A program made the translations under genes and the position numbers. From an uncultured Actinomycetes bacterium (lineage in GTDB: Bacteria > Actinomycetota > Thermoleophilia > Gaiellales > Gaiellaceae), in NCBI GenBank assembly GCA_963785895.1, contig CAWAXB010000006.1:24062-88061 (forward strand): a DNA stretch of 64,000 nucleotides. The letters run 5' to 3'. Positions 1 through 9,789 of this stretch are shown piece after piece (within the stretch, counting starts at the first letter, position 1; every line of letters starts with the position of its first letter). Below the pieces are notes generated by a model. It ran no database searches, was not told the DNA's origin, and saw only the letters and a program-made list of their open reading frames with translations.

Positions 1-705
1 TGAGCGCGCCGTAGAGCACGAGCGCGTTGCCGGCGCCCTGCGCCTTCGCCGAGAGCACGCGCTCGGTCGGGCAGGAGCCCGACGCACATCGCGTTGACGA
101 GCGGGTTCGCGGCGTACGCCTCGTCGAAGACGCATTCGCCGCCGACGTTCGGGACGCCGACGCAGTTGCCGTAGTGGCCGATGCCGGCGACCGCGCGCTC
201 GAAGTGCCAGTCGGGCGCGCCGAAGCGCAGGCCGTCGAGCAGCGCAATCGGCCGGGCGCCCATCGCGACGATGTCGCGCAGGATCCCGCCGACCCCGGTG
301 GCCGCGCCCTGGAACGGCTCGACCGCCGACGGGATGGTTGTGCGACTCGGCCTTGAACGCGACGGCGACGCCCGTCGCCGAGGTCGATCACGCCCGCGTT
401 CTCGCCCGGCCCCTGCAGGACGCGCTCGCCCTGCGACGGCAGCCGCCGGAGCAGCCGCGCCGAGTGCTTGTAGCCGCAGTGCTCCGACCAGAGCAGCGAG
501 AAGACCGCGAGCTCGAAGTCGTTCGGCACCCGGCCGAGCAGCTCCCGGATACGGTCGAACTCTCCGTCGGTGAGACCGAGCGAACGGTGAAGGGGCTGGT
601 CGGCGACGGCAGCCAGAGAGCCAGTGTACCCCGCCTCTAGGATGGCTTCGTGCAGGCGACCACGGAACGGATTGTGGGAATGCGCCCGCCTCGCGCCGAC
701 GACGA
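1..705 (-). pseudogene. purL: phosphoribosylformylglycinamidine synthase subunit PurL, N-terminal part (runs off window start); frame broken twice as assembled
   Basis: Minus-strand translation reads [40 protein letters not shown]...[14 protein letters not shown] / [13 protein letters not shown] / [37 protein letters not shown] in three successive frames. There is one extra base in each of the homopolymers at plus 371-373 and 331-333. The start (GTG near 705) is uncertain. Confidence 0.85.
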
Positions 706-793
706 GCACCTTCACGGCGCCGTCTCCTGAGGAAGGCACGCGCTGTGTTCGTCGTTCAATCTCACGGACGTGCCCGTACGCGGTTGGAAAAGG

Positions 794-1708
794 ATGAACC
801 GCCGCTCGCTCCCGCTACTCGTGCTGCTCGCGCTGATCTGGGGCAGCTCGTTCATGTTCATCAAGATCGCGGTGCGCGAGCTCGACCCGGCCACGCTGGT
901 GCTCGGGCGACTCGGCCTCGCCGCGGTCGCGCTCGGGATCGTCGTGCTCGCTCGACGCTCGGGCGTGGTGCGACGCTCGCCGAGCTGCGCGCGCACTGGG
1001 CCGGCGCTGGCCGTCGTCGGGCTCCTGAACACGGCGGTGCCCGTTCTGGCTGCTCTCCTGGGGCGAGACGCGGATCGACTCCGGCCTCGCGTCGATCATC
1101 CAGGCGTCGGTGCCGATCTTCAACGCGCTGCTCGCGTTCGGCTTCTTCCACGAGCAGCGGGTGAGCGGGCGCCGGCTCGTCGGCGTCGTGGTCGGGTTCG
1201 TCGGCGTCGCGCTGCTCGTCGGCGCCCAGCCGCAGGCGAAGATCCTCGGCGCGCTCGCCGTCGTCGGCATGGCGACGTGCTACGCCGCCGGCGGTCTGCT
1301 CGCCGCGGCACTACCTGGCCGACGTCCGCCCGCAGGTCGTCGCGCTTCGGCACGACCGCAGTCGCCGCGCTTGCGGTCGCTGCCCGCGGGCGTCGCTCTG
1401 GCGCCGCACCACGTGCCGCACTGGAAGACCGATTGCGTCGGTCGCCGTGCTCGGGCTCGTCGCGACGGCGTTCGCCTACCTGCTCTTCTTCACGATCATC
1501 GCCGAGCGCGGGCGCGGGCTACGCGTCGCTCGTCACCTATCTCGTGCCGCCGATCGCGCTCGTCTACGGCGCGCTGTTCCTCGGCGAGAGCGTCGGCGTG
1601 GCGGCGCTCGCCGGGCTGGTCCTGATCCTCGGCGGCGTGGCGCTCGGCACGCGGACGCGCAAGGCTGCGCCACCGGCCGTCGGGCCGGCGGCCGCGGAGC
1701 TGTCGTGA
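794..1708 (+). pseudogene. EamA/DMT-family transporter, several frameshifts as assembled
   Basis: N-terminus [22 protein letters not shown] and C-terminus YLVPPIALVYGALFLGESVGVAALAGLVLILGGVAL are in one frame. The middle part (SVPIFNALLAFGFFHEQRVSGRRLVGVVVGFVGVALLVG) is in another (ORF 1110-1625). Confidence 0.7.
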
Positions 1709-2227
1709 TCACGCTTCGCCGTGCGACTGCCCGAGGACGTCGATTGGCTCGGCGGCGCTCTATGCCGACGAGCGACGTCGAGCCGTTTCTCGGTGGGCAG
1801 CACGCCCAGGGCGAGACGGCGGTTCTGCGCGGAGGTCGAGCGCTCGCAGCGCGAGCCCGAGCGCTTCGGGCGGATGATCGTCGAGCTCGACGGCGAGCGC
1901 GCCGGCGCGCTCGGGTATCACGAGATGAACGAGCGCGAACCGGATCGCGCAGCTCGGAGGCCTGGCCGTCCATCCCGACTTTCGCCGGCGCGGCGTGGCC
2001 GACGAGGCGGCGCGGCTCGTCCAGCGCTATCTGATCTTCGAGCTCGGCTTCCACCGGCTCGAGCTCGCGTGCTACGGGTTCAACGACGCGCGCGATCCGT
2101 CACGCCGAACGTGTCGGGCTTCGTGCGCGAAGGCGTGAAGCGAAAGGCGTACCTGCGTCACGGCGAGTGGCAGGACGCGGTGCTGTTCGCGCTGCTGCGG
2201 GAAGACCTCGAAGAAGTGGAGGGATGA
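1705..2227 (+). pseudogene. GNAT-family N-acetyltransferase, multiple frameshifts as assembled
   Basis: Fragments FGRMIVELDGERAGALGYHEMNE, LGGLAVHPDFRRRGVADEAARLVQRYLIFELGFHRLEL and GFVREGVKRKAYLRHGEWQDAVLFALLRED are spread over three frames. The GTG start overlaps the EamA stop (GTGA). Confidence 0.65.
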
Positions 2228-2581
2228 TGCTCACCTGTTCCAGGCCGAGTGGTGCCCGTACTCGGCGGCGGTGCGCGAGCGATTGACCGAGCTCGGCATC
2301 GACTTCGTCGCACGCCACGTCGAGCCGTGGCCGGAGCAGCGGGCCGAGCTCGCCGCGCTGGTCGCCGAGCCGTCGATCCCCGTGCTCCAGACCGACGACG
2401 GGCAGGTCTTCGCGGGGCCCGAGGAGATCTTTGGCTACCTCGACGGGCTGCCCGAGGGCGAATGCGACGTCCGCGCATCGCGAGCGCTATCGCGAGCACG
2501 CGGGCCGAGCGGCGCCTCGAGCTGACGAACCAGGTTCTCGAACGCCTGGCGCACCGCTCGATTCCTAGAATGCCTGCATGA
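2224..2581 (+). pseudogene. glutaredoxin-like / GST N-terminal-domain protein, frameshifted as assembled
   Basis: LFQAEWCPYSAAVRERLTELGIDFVARHVEPWPEQRAELAALVAEPSIPVLQTDDGQVFAGPEEIFGYL has a CPYS thioredoxin-fold motif. The ATG at 2224 overlaps the GNAT stop (ATGA) but is out of frame, with an apparent missing C at 2234-2235. The tail frame ending at 2581 overlaps the gloA ATG (ATGA). Confidence 0.6.
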
Positions 2582-2967
2582 CATCCCGCTATCTCCACAC
2601 GATGGTCCGGATCACCGATCCCGAGCGGAGCCGCGCGTTCTACGAGGCGCTCGGGTTCGAGTTCCGGCGCGAGTCGCCGATCGTTCGCAACGGCGAGCTC
2701 GAGGCGACGCTCTACTTCTTCGGTTTCCCGGGCCAGGAGGAGGAGCTCGAGCTGACGTTCAACCAGGACGGCAGACGCTACGACCTCGGCACCGGCTACG
2801 GGCACATCGCGATCGGCGTCGACGACCTCGACGGCACGCTCGCACGGCTGGCAGAGCAGGGGATCGAGCCGGAGCGCGCGCCGTACCAGGTGCGCGAGGG
2901 CGGCTCGTGGCTCTGCTTCGTGCGGGACCCGGACGGGTACCGGATCGAGATCATCGGCCGGACCTAG
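2578..2967 (+). CDS. gloA: lactoylglutathione lyase (glyoxalase I, VOC family)
   Basis: Intact 129-aa ORF: YLHTMVRITDPERSRAFYEALGFEF...GYGHIAIGVDDLDGTLARLAEQGIE...FVRDPDGYRIEII. Confidence 0.85.
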   Translation: MTSRYLHTMVRITDPERSRAFYEALGFEFRRESPIVRNGELEATLYFFGFPGQEEELELTFNQDGRRYDLGTGYGHIAIGVDDLDGTLARLAEQGIEPERAPYQVREGGSWLCFVRDPDGYRIEIIGRT

Positions 2968-3158
2968 TGGTCGCTCCGGCAAGTACGCCGCTGCTTGGCC
3001 GGCTGCAAACGCTTCGCATCGCCGCGTCCTCGGTCGCCCCGATAGCTCAAGCTATCGAGGCTCCCTGCGTCCTTGCGCTGCTCGGTTTTCGCGCGGCCAA
3101 CCAGCACCGGACTTCCTGGAGAGACCACTAGTGGTCGCTCCGCCGGAGAGACCACTCG
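2964..3158. repeat. 195-bp intergenic element bounded by 17-bp imperfect inverted repeats, with an internal 24-bp palindrome
   Basis: CTAGTGGTCGCTCCG occurs at 2964-2978 and again at 3128-3142. GGAGAGACCACT occurs at 3118-3129 and 3145-3156. The core GACCACTAGTGGTC (3123-3136) is a perfect 14-bp palindrome. An inner small inverted repeat GATAGCT..AGCTATC sits near 3041-3056. Confidence 0.6.
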
Positions 3159-3187
3159 TGCACGCGTCCGGGATCGACAGACGCGCG

Positions 3188-4353
3188 ATGGTCGAGCTGT
3201 CGAGCGGCCACCTCGCCGTCGACTTCGCATCGGGGAGCGTGCCGGCGTTGATCCCGTTCCTCACCGACCGTTTCCACCTCGGCTACGCGCTCGCGGCGAT
3301 GCTGCTGCTCGCGGCAACCGTCTCGTCGTCGCTCGTGCAGCCGCTCTTCGGGCTGTGGTCGGACCGCCGGGGGGCGCTCTGGCTGATCCCCGGCGGCGCG
3401 GTGCTCGCAGCAGCCGGCATCGGCGGAGCCGCGATCGCGCCGGCCTACCCGATCGTGCTTCTCCTGGTGTTCGCCGGCGGTCTCGGCGTGGCGGCGTTCC
3501 ATCCCGAAGGCGCGAAGTTCGCGGCCTACGCGAGCGGCCACAAGCGCGCGAGCGGCATGTCGTACTTCAACATCGGCGGCAACACCGGCTACGCGCTCGG
3601 GGCGTTCGCCACCGGACAGCTCGTCGTCTGGCTCGGGCTCGTCGGCGGGCTGCTGGCGATGGCGCCGGTGCTGCTGGTGGCGGTGGGGCTTTTCCGGGCC
3701 GTCCCGTACTTCTCCCGGCTCACACCGGGCCCGGGGGACGCGACCTACGGGCGGGGCGACGACCGGCGCAGAGCGATGACGCTCCTGGGAGTGGTGATCG
3801 CCCTCCGCAGCGTCGCCTGGTTCACGTTGCTCGCCTTCGTGCCGCTCTGGGTCGTCTCGCTCGGCCACTCGAAGGCCGACGGCAGTCGCCTGCTCTTCAT
3901 GATGCTGCTCGCCGGCGCGCTCGGGACGCTTGCGCTGGGCCCGGTCGCCGACCGGATCGGCTCAGGCGGACGCTCGTGATCACGCAGGCGGTGATCGCGC
4001 CCGCCATGCTCGTCTTCGTCTACGTCGGCGGGCTGGCCGGAGCGCTCGCGCTGATGCTGGTCGGCGTGTGCATCGTCGGCACCTTCGGCGTGACGATGGT
4101 GTTGAGCCAGCTCTATCTGCCGCGCCACGTCGGCATGGCCTCGGGTATCTCGGTCGGGCTGGCGATGGGCATCGGCGGCGTCGCAGCCGTCGTGCTCGGC
4201 GCGGTCGCGGACGCGGTCGACCTCAAGACCGCGCTCACGATCAGTGCCGTCGCGCCCGCGCTCGGAGTCGTCTTCTGCATGAAGCTGCCCGCGCCGGCTG
4301 AAGCCACACGGGCGATCGTCGGCCCGGTCGTCGCCGCGGGGAGCGAGTCGTGA
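3188..4353 (+). pseudogene. MFS transporter (Fsr-like), one frameshift near 3955-3975 as assembled
   Basis: The N-terminal half is ORF 3131-3979 (LAVDFASGSVPALIPFLTDRFHLGYALAAMLLL...). The C-terminal half is in the frame of ORF 3073-4353 (VITQAVIAPAMLVFVYVGG...SISVGLAMGIGGVAAVVLGAVAD). It is multi-TM throughout. The likely start is the ATG at 3188. Confidence 0.7.
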
Positions 4354-4949
4354 TCCTCTACGAGAGTCCCCGCTCGGGCAATTGCTACAAGGTGCGGCTG
4401 CTCCTCGCACACCTCGGGCTCGAGGTGGAGCGGCGCGCGGTCAACGTGCTCGACCCCTCGGAACGGCAGCGACTCCTCGACGGTCTCAACCCGGCGCTCC
4501 GGATCCCGACCCTGGTCCTCGACGACGGCAACGCGCTCGCCGAGTCCGGCGCGATCCTCTGGTATTTCGGCGAGGGCACGCGCTTTGTCCCCGGTGACCG
4601 GTACGAGCGGGCGCAAGTGCTCCAGTGGATGTTCTTCGAGCAGTACGAGCACGAGCCGGCGATTGCCGTCGTGCGTTTCTGGCTGACGCTGTCGGGCGAT
4701 CCGGGGGCGCACGCCGACCGGGTGCCGGGAAAGCAGGCGATCGGATACCGCGCGCTCGACGCGATGGAACGTCATCTGGCCGGCCGCGATTGGCTGGTCG
4801 GCGGCGGGATCACGCTCGCCGACATCGCGCTCTACGCCTACACGCACGTCGCGGGCGAGGGCGGATTCGACCTCGGGCGTTACCCGGCGATCCGTGCCTG
4901 GCTTGCGCGCGTCGCGGCCGAGCCCGGACACGTGCCGATGAACGCTTAG
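4350..4949 (+). CDS. glutathione S-transferase family protein
   Basis: Intact 199-aa ORF: ILYESPRSGNCYKVRLLLAHLGLEVE...IPTLVLDDGNALAESGAILWYF...ITLADIALYAYTHVA. The GTG start overlaps the MFS stop (GTGA). Confidence 0.85.
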   Translation: MILYESPRSGNCYKVRLLLAHLGLEVERRAVNVLDPSERQRLLDGLNPALRIPTLVLDDGNALAESGAILWYFGEGTRFVPGDRYERAQVLQWMFFEQYEHEPAIAVVRFWLTLSGDPGAHADRVPGKQAIGYRALDAMERHLAGRDWLVGGGITLADIALYAYTHVAGEGGFDLGRYPAIRAWLARVAAEPGHVPMNA

Positions 4950-6239
4950 CGGACGAAGAGCGGTGCGCCGGCGACCGCTCCCGCCTGGGCGCGGATCAGC
5001 GACCGGTGTGGCAGGGCACCCGTCCAGCGGAAGAAGCCGCCGGCACCGCGCTGCACGGTCGCCACGGTGCTCCAGCCCGCGCCGGTCTTCTGCTGGATCT
5101 GTGCCGGCGACGCTGTGGCCGGCGCGCGCAGCTGGCCCCACAGTGTGACCCGTTCTCCGCTGCGCATCACCTCGGCGAGCGGGAGTTGGAACGCTGCGAG
5201 TGCGGGCTTCGGCCGGCCGGCCAGCGTCACGAGCCCGCTCTGGAACCGTGAGCTGCTGGGCTCGTCGCGATAGAGGAAGTGGATCAGCAGGTCGACGCGC
5301 GGAGTGCGGTACGCCACATAGGCGCCTTCGCTGATGTACAGCGCCTGCGAGGGCCGGCGACACGCCGAGCACCCGATCGGGCGGGTTCGACTGGTAGCCG
5401 TACTCGGTCAGCCAGATTCGCGCCCGCTTCCAGTCACGCGAGACGAGCGTGACGAGTCGTTGGATCGTCGCCATCGTGATCGTCGTGCAGTGCATGCAGC
5501 CGCCGGTGAACGGCGACTCGCGCTTCGGGTTGAGCGGGTACGGATGGTGCGCGTACGCGTCGAGGCGAGCGTGGGCCGCGTGCATGCCCGCGATCCACGC
5601 GACGGGCGATACGCCGCGAGTCGCGCCGCGCGGAGCGGTCCCGCCGCCTGCGACCTGGACGCCGGGGATCGCGGCGTGGATGGCCGTGTAGGCCGGGTTC
5701 AGCAGTCGTGCCGTGTACAGCGCCGGCTTGGTGGGCCGTAGCCAGCGGGCCTGGTTCGGCTCGTTCCAGATCAGCCATCGCGTGACCCAGGGATAGTGCG
5801 TCGCCGCAGCGGTCGCGAAGTCGCCGAACGGCCGCGCGGAGGCCGGCGCGTAGTTCGGGGGCAGCCCGCCGTTCGCCCAGCCCGGCGTGCCGTTCAGTTG
5901 CAGCACGACGGCAACCCCTTCGCTGTGGAGCTCGTCGAGCACAGGGTCGGTGGCGCTCCAGTCGTACGCGGCGTCGGTGGGGTCGGTCGGCACCGTTGGC
6001 TCCGTCGCGGCGATGCGATTCCAGTTCAGCGTGATCCGCACGACCTTCACGCCGAGCTGCTTGAGCTGCGCAACTCTGACGGGAAGCGTGCCGGGGCCGT
6101 CCTCGAGCCAGGCGTCGTCGGTCAGCCCGAACTTGACGGTCGAGGCGGCGTGCGCCCGTGGCGCGAGCGCGCCGGCGCTGAGCGCCGTCACGGCGAGGAC
6201 GATCGTCGCGGCCAGCGCGAAGCGGACGGGAGGCGTCAT
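4946..6239 (-). pseudogene. secreted clan GH-A (GH5/GH39-like) glycoside hydrolase, one frameshift near 5320 as assembled
   Basis: Signal peptide MTPPVRFALAATIVLAVTALSAGALAPRAHA. WLIWNEPN (acid/base Glu) and IWLTEYGYQ (nucleophile Glu) are present. The C-terminal 123 aa are in another frame (ORF 4946-5317). Confidence 0.65.
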
Positions 6240-6363
6240 CGGCTCAGCCTGTTCGGCGCCACCCGGACGCAAACGTCGGGAGGCGTCTGAGCAGGTCGAA
6301 ATTCACACTTTCGTCACAGAGTCGTCTTCCACACGTTGGAGATTCCCGTCTAGCGTCGCCTCC

Positions 6364-6620
6364 ATGAGCGGGACGTCCACACCGTGGGGGCCGACGACGG
6401 TCGTCGAGCGCCTCGTGCTGTCCCAGCGGGCAGGCGACAAGCGCTTCTCGTCCATCGTCGAGCTGCTCGAAGACGATCGCGGCGAGCGGCTCGTGCGGTT
6501 TGCCTACTCGACGGGAGGGGTGGCACGCCGGGGGCCGGTCACGTTGCGCGCCCGTGACCTCGAGCGCCTGCGGGCGGCGCTCGGCAAGACGCCCGCGCTG
6601 GCGGTCTGCTGGTCTTCCTC
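6364..6620 (+). CDS. hypothetical small protein; 3' end unresolved (stop-free frame runs antisense into purQ)
   Basis: The ATG at 6364 follows a lower-GC promoter-like gap. Sequence: MSGTSTPWGPTTVVERLVLSQRAGDKRFSSIVELLEDDRGERLVRFAYSTGGVARRGPVTLRARDLERLRAALGK. Confidence 0.3.
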
Positions 6621-7338
6621 AGCGAGGAGCCGGGCATCTAGATGGGCGCCCGGCAGACAATCGAGCTGCATCGACAAGCGAGCCGAGCAGAAGCGCGCCA
6701 TCGGTCGAGCCGAGCAGCGAATCGACTGCATGCTCGGGGTGAGGCATCAGCCCGAAGACGTTCGCGTCGGCATTGAGCACGCCCGCGACGTCGCCCACCG
6801 AGCCGTTGGGATTGAGGGCGTACCGAAGTGCGATCTGGCCGTTGGCCTCGAGCTCGGCGAGCAGCTCCGCATCCGCGAACCAGCATCCCTCTCCGTGCTT
6901 GATCGGGATCGACAACGGCTGCCCCGGCGCGCAGCGCGCGGTGAACGGTGTGTCGCTGCGTTCGACGACGAGCGGGACGTCGCGGCAGATGAACGACAGG
7001 GAGTTGTTCGGGCGCAGTGCGCCCGGGAGCAATCCTGCCTCGGTGAGGATCTGGAAGCCGTTGCAGATGCCGAGCACGAGGCCGCCGTCGGAGGCGAAGC
7101 GTGCGACCGCGCCGAGCACGGGGGAGAAGCGGGCGATCGCGCCGCAGCGGAGGTAGTCGCCATAGGAGAATCCGCCGGGGAGGACGACCGCTGCCGTGCC
7201 TCGCGGCAGCGACTCCTCCGTGTGCCACACCCGCGGCGCGTCCGCGCCGAGGAGCTCGAGCGCGAGCTGCGCATCGCGATCGTCATTCGAGCCCGGGAAG
7301 ACGACGACCGCGATCGTCGGGCGTGGGAGGCTGCTCAT
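6619..7338 (-). CDS. purQ: phosphoribosylformylglycinamidine synthase, glutaminase subunit PurQ
   Basis: IAVVVFPGSNDDRD...LPGGFSYGDYLRCGAIA...GICNGFQILTEAGLLPG...GLMPHPEHA. The ATG overlaps the purS stop (ATGA). Confidence 0.9.
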   Translation of the reverse strand: MSSLPRPTIAVVVFPGSNDDRDAQLALELLGADAPRVWHTEESLPRGTAAVVLPGGFSYGDYLRCGAIARFSPVLGAVARFASDGGLVLGICNGFQILTEAGLLPGALRPNNSLSFICRDVPLVVERSDTPFTARCAPGQPLSIPIKHGEGCWFADAELLAELEANGQIALRYALNPNGSVGDVAGVLNADANVFGLMPHPEHAVDSLLGSTDGALLLGSLVDAARLSAGRPSRCPAPR

Positions 7339-7577
7339 TCTCGGTCCAGCTCGATCTCGTATCCCTCGATCAACGGGTTGGTGAGCAGCTGCTCGCACAT
7401 CTGCCGCAGCTGCGCGAGCGCCTCCTCGCGGTCGTCGGTCTGCAGGTCGACGTCGACCAGCCGTCCGACACGTGCGTCATCGACCGCGAAGCCGAGGTGT
7501 CGCAGTGAGCTCGAGACCGCCTGGCCCTGTGGATCGAGGATCCCCTGTTTCGGTCGGACGAGCACGGTCGCCTTCAT
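7335..7577 (-). CDS. purS: phosphoribosylformylglycinamidine synthase subunit PurS
   Basis: 80 aa: MKATVLVRPKQGILDPQGQAV...NPLIEGYEIEL. ATGA overlaps on both sides. Confidence 0.9.
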   Translation of the reverse strand: MKATVLVRPKQGILDPQGQAVSSSLRHLGFAVDDARVGRLVDVDLQTDDREEALAQLRQMCEQLLTNPLIEGYEIELDRE

Positions 7578-8437
7578 GCCAGGACGACCGCCGGGTCGGC
7601 GAGGTAGTCGACGAAGGCGATCCCGGTCAGGCGCTCGAACGCCTCCACATACCGCGCCCGCGTGCCCGTGACGACGCCGTCGGGGAGCTCAGGCCCCGGC
7701 GCGGTCTTGTCCCAGCCGAGCGACTCGCAGTAGTCGCGCACGAACTGCTTGTCGAACGACGGAGGCGTCGCTCCGGGCCGGTACTCGTCGGCGGGCCAGA
7801 ATCGTGAGGAATCCGGCGTGAAGGCCTCGTCTCCGAGCACGAGCCGGCCCTCCGGGTCGATGCCGAACTCGAGCTTCGTGTCGGCGAGGATGATCCCGCG
7901 CTCGCGTGCGTAGTCGGAGACGTACGCGTAGAGCTCGAGTGCGATCCGCTCGACCTCGTCGAATCGCTCCTCGCCGACCAATGCCACAGCGGTGGCTCGG
8001 TCGATGTTCTCGTCGTGGCCCGCCTCGGCCTTCGTCGCCGGCGTGAAGATCGGCTGTGGCAGCTGCTGGGACTCGACGAGCCCCGCTGGCAGGCGGTGCC
8101 CGCACACCGCGCCGGAGGCGAGGTAATCCTTCCAGCCCGAACCGGCGAGGTAGCCGCGGACGACGCATTCGATCGGCAGCATCTCGAGGCGCCGGCACTC
8201 CGTCGAGCGGGCGTCGCCGCGCAGCGAGAGCAGGTGGTTGGGCACAAGCTCGCGGGTGCGAGCGAACCAGAAGCCTGCGACACCGGTCAACACGCGACCC
8301 TTGTCGGGGATCTCGGTCGGCAGGATCACGTCGAAGGTCGAGATGCGGTCGCTGGCGACGAGCAGCAGGCGCTGCTCGTCAAGCGCGTAGAGCTCACGAA
8401 CCTTGCCACTGCCGACGTGCTGAGCGGCTTCAGACAC
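7574..8437 (-). CDS. purC: phosphoribosylaminoimidazole-succinocarboxamide synthase
   Basis: GSGKVRELY...LLLVASDRISTFDVILP...ILADTKLEFG...LGDEAFTPDSSRFW. The GTG start at 8437 overlaps the purB stop. Confidence 0.9.
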   Translation of the reverse strand: MSEAAQHVGSGKVRELYALDEQRLLLVASDRISTFDVILPTEIPDKGRVLTGVAGFWFARTRELVPNHLLSLRGDARSTECRRLEMLPIECVVRGYLAGSGWKDYLASGAVCGHRLPAGLVESQQLPQPIFTPATKAEAGHDENIDRATAVALVGEERFDEVERIALELYAYVSDYARERGIILADTKLEFGIDPEGRLVLGDEAFTPDSSRFWPADEYRPGATPPSFDKQFVRDYCESLGWDKTAPGPELPDGVVTGTRARYVEAFERLTGIAFVDYLADPAVVLA

Positions 8438-9758
8438 GGATAGCTTCCCCCTTAGAGCTCGCGAGACGGCGGAGACGGTCGAACGTTTGGTCGAGATTGG
8501 CGACGGTTGCATCGAGATCGAAAACATGCTCGAGGGCAGCTGCATCGAGCGACGCCGCGATTTCCACGTCGCCGCGCACGAGCTCTGCAAAGTCCAGTTC
8601 CTCGTCCCAGGCGCGCATCGCGTTCCGCTGCACGAGCCGGTAGGCATCCGCGCGGTCGGCGCCGCTCTCCACGAGCGCCAGCAGCAATCGGTGCGAGAAG
8701 AAGAGCCCGTGCGAGGCCCAGAGGTTCCGTTCCATCCGTTCGGGATAGACGACCAGCCCCTCGACGATCCAGGTAAACCGGTCGAGCATGTAGTCGAGTG
8801 CAAGAAACGCGTCGGGGAGCACGATGCGCTCCGCGGATGAGTGGGAGATGTCGCGCTCGTGCCAGAGCGTCATGTTCTCCAGGCCGACGATCGACGCCGC
8901 GCGGACGACGCGCGCGAGCCCCGAGATCCGCTCGGCCACCTTCGGGTTGCGCTTGTGCGGCATCGCGGACGAGCCCTTCATGCCGGTCGCGAACGGTTCC
9001 TCGACCTCGCGCACCTCCGTGCGGGCGAGGTGCCTGATCTCGGTCGCGAACCGGTCGAGCGATGTCGCGCAGACCGCGAGCGCGCAGAGCAGTTCGGCAT
9101 GACGGTCGCGCGAGATCACCTGGGTCGAGACCGGGTCGGGCTCGAGTCCGAGTCGTTCGCAGGCGATCCGCTCGACCTCCGGGTCGATCGCCGCGTAGGT
9201 CCCGACCGTTCCCGAGAGCTGGCCGACGCGACATTCCTCGAGTGCGCGCTCGAGGCGCGCACGCGCACGGTCGAGCTCGAAGGCCCAGCCCGCGAGCTTC
9301 CAGCCAAAGGTCGTCGGCTCCGCGTGGATGCCGTGGGAACGCCCGATGCAAACCGTCCGCCGGTGCTCCTCGGCCTGCCGGACGACCGCCGCGAGCGCGC
9401 GGGCAATGCCGGCGATCAGCACCTGGCCCGCGGTGCGAATCTGCAACGCCAGCGCTGTGTCGACCACGTCGGATGACGTGAGCCCGAAGTGCACCCAGCG
9501 GCCTTCCGGCCCGAGCGTCTCGGCCACCGCATCGACGAACGCCGCAACGTCGTGATCCGTGGTGCGCTCGATCTCGGCGACCCGTTCGGGTGTCGGCGCC
9601 ACCGCGCCGGCGCGGATCGCGGCGACATCGGCCGCCGGTACGGCGCCGACCTCGGCCCAGCCGTCAAGTGCGGCGAGCTCCACCTCGAGCCAGCCGGCGA
9701 GCTTGCCTTCGTCCGACCAGATGCCGCTCATCTCCGGACGGGAGTAGCGCGCGATCAC
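8430..9758 (-). CDS. purB: adenylosuccinate lyase
   Basis: Intact 442-aa ORF: MIARYSRPEMSGIWSDE...GLTSSDVVDTALALQ...GSSAMPHKRNP. Confidence 0.92.
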   Translation of the reverse strand: MIARYSRPEMSGIWSDEGKLAGWLEVELAALDGWAEVGAVPAADVAAIRAGAVAPTPERVAEIERTTDHDVAAFVDAVAETLGPEGRWVHFGLTSSDVVDTALALQIRTAGQVLIAGIARALAAVVRQAEEHRRTVCIGRSHGIHAEPTTFGWKLAGWAFELDRARARLERALEECRVGQLSGTVGTYAAIDPEVERIACERLGLEPDPVSTQVISRDRHAELLCALAVCATSLDRFATEIRHLARTEVREVEEPFATGMKGSSAMPHKRNPKVAERISGLARVVRAASIVGLENMTLWHERDISHSSAERIVLPDAFLALDYMLDRFTWIVEGLVVYPERMERNLWASHGLFFSHRLLLALVESGADRADAYRLVQRNAMRAWDEELDFAELVRGDVEIAASLDAAALEHVFDLDATVANLDQTFDRLRRLASSKGEAIRV

Positions 9759-9789
9759 TTCAGCCAGTGTAGAGGCCCAGGAAGGACGC

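Noticed and set aside
4113-4945. C-terminal 280 aa of the 719-aa ORF 4113-6272
   Set aside because: This is the out-of-frame continuation after the frameshift in the hydrolase gene, and it is antisense to the intact GST gene. The true C-terminus is ORF 4946-5317.
5887-7671. 594-aa ORF on the plus strand
   Set aside because: It runs antisense through purQ and purS. Only its segment from 6364 might be a real small gene; the rest is a shadow frame.
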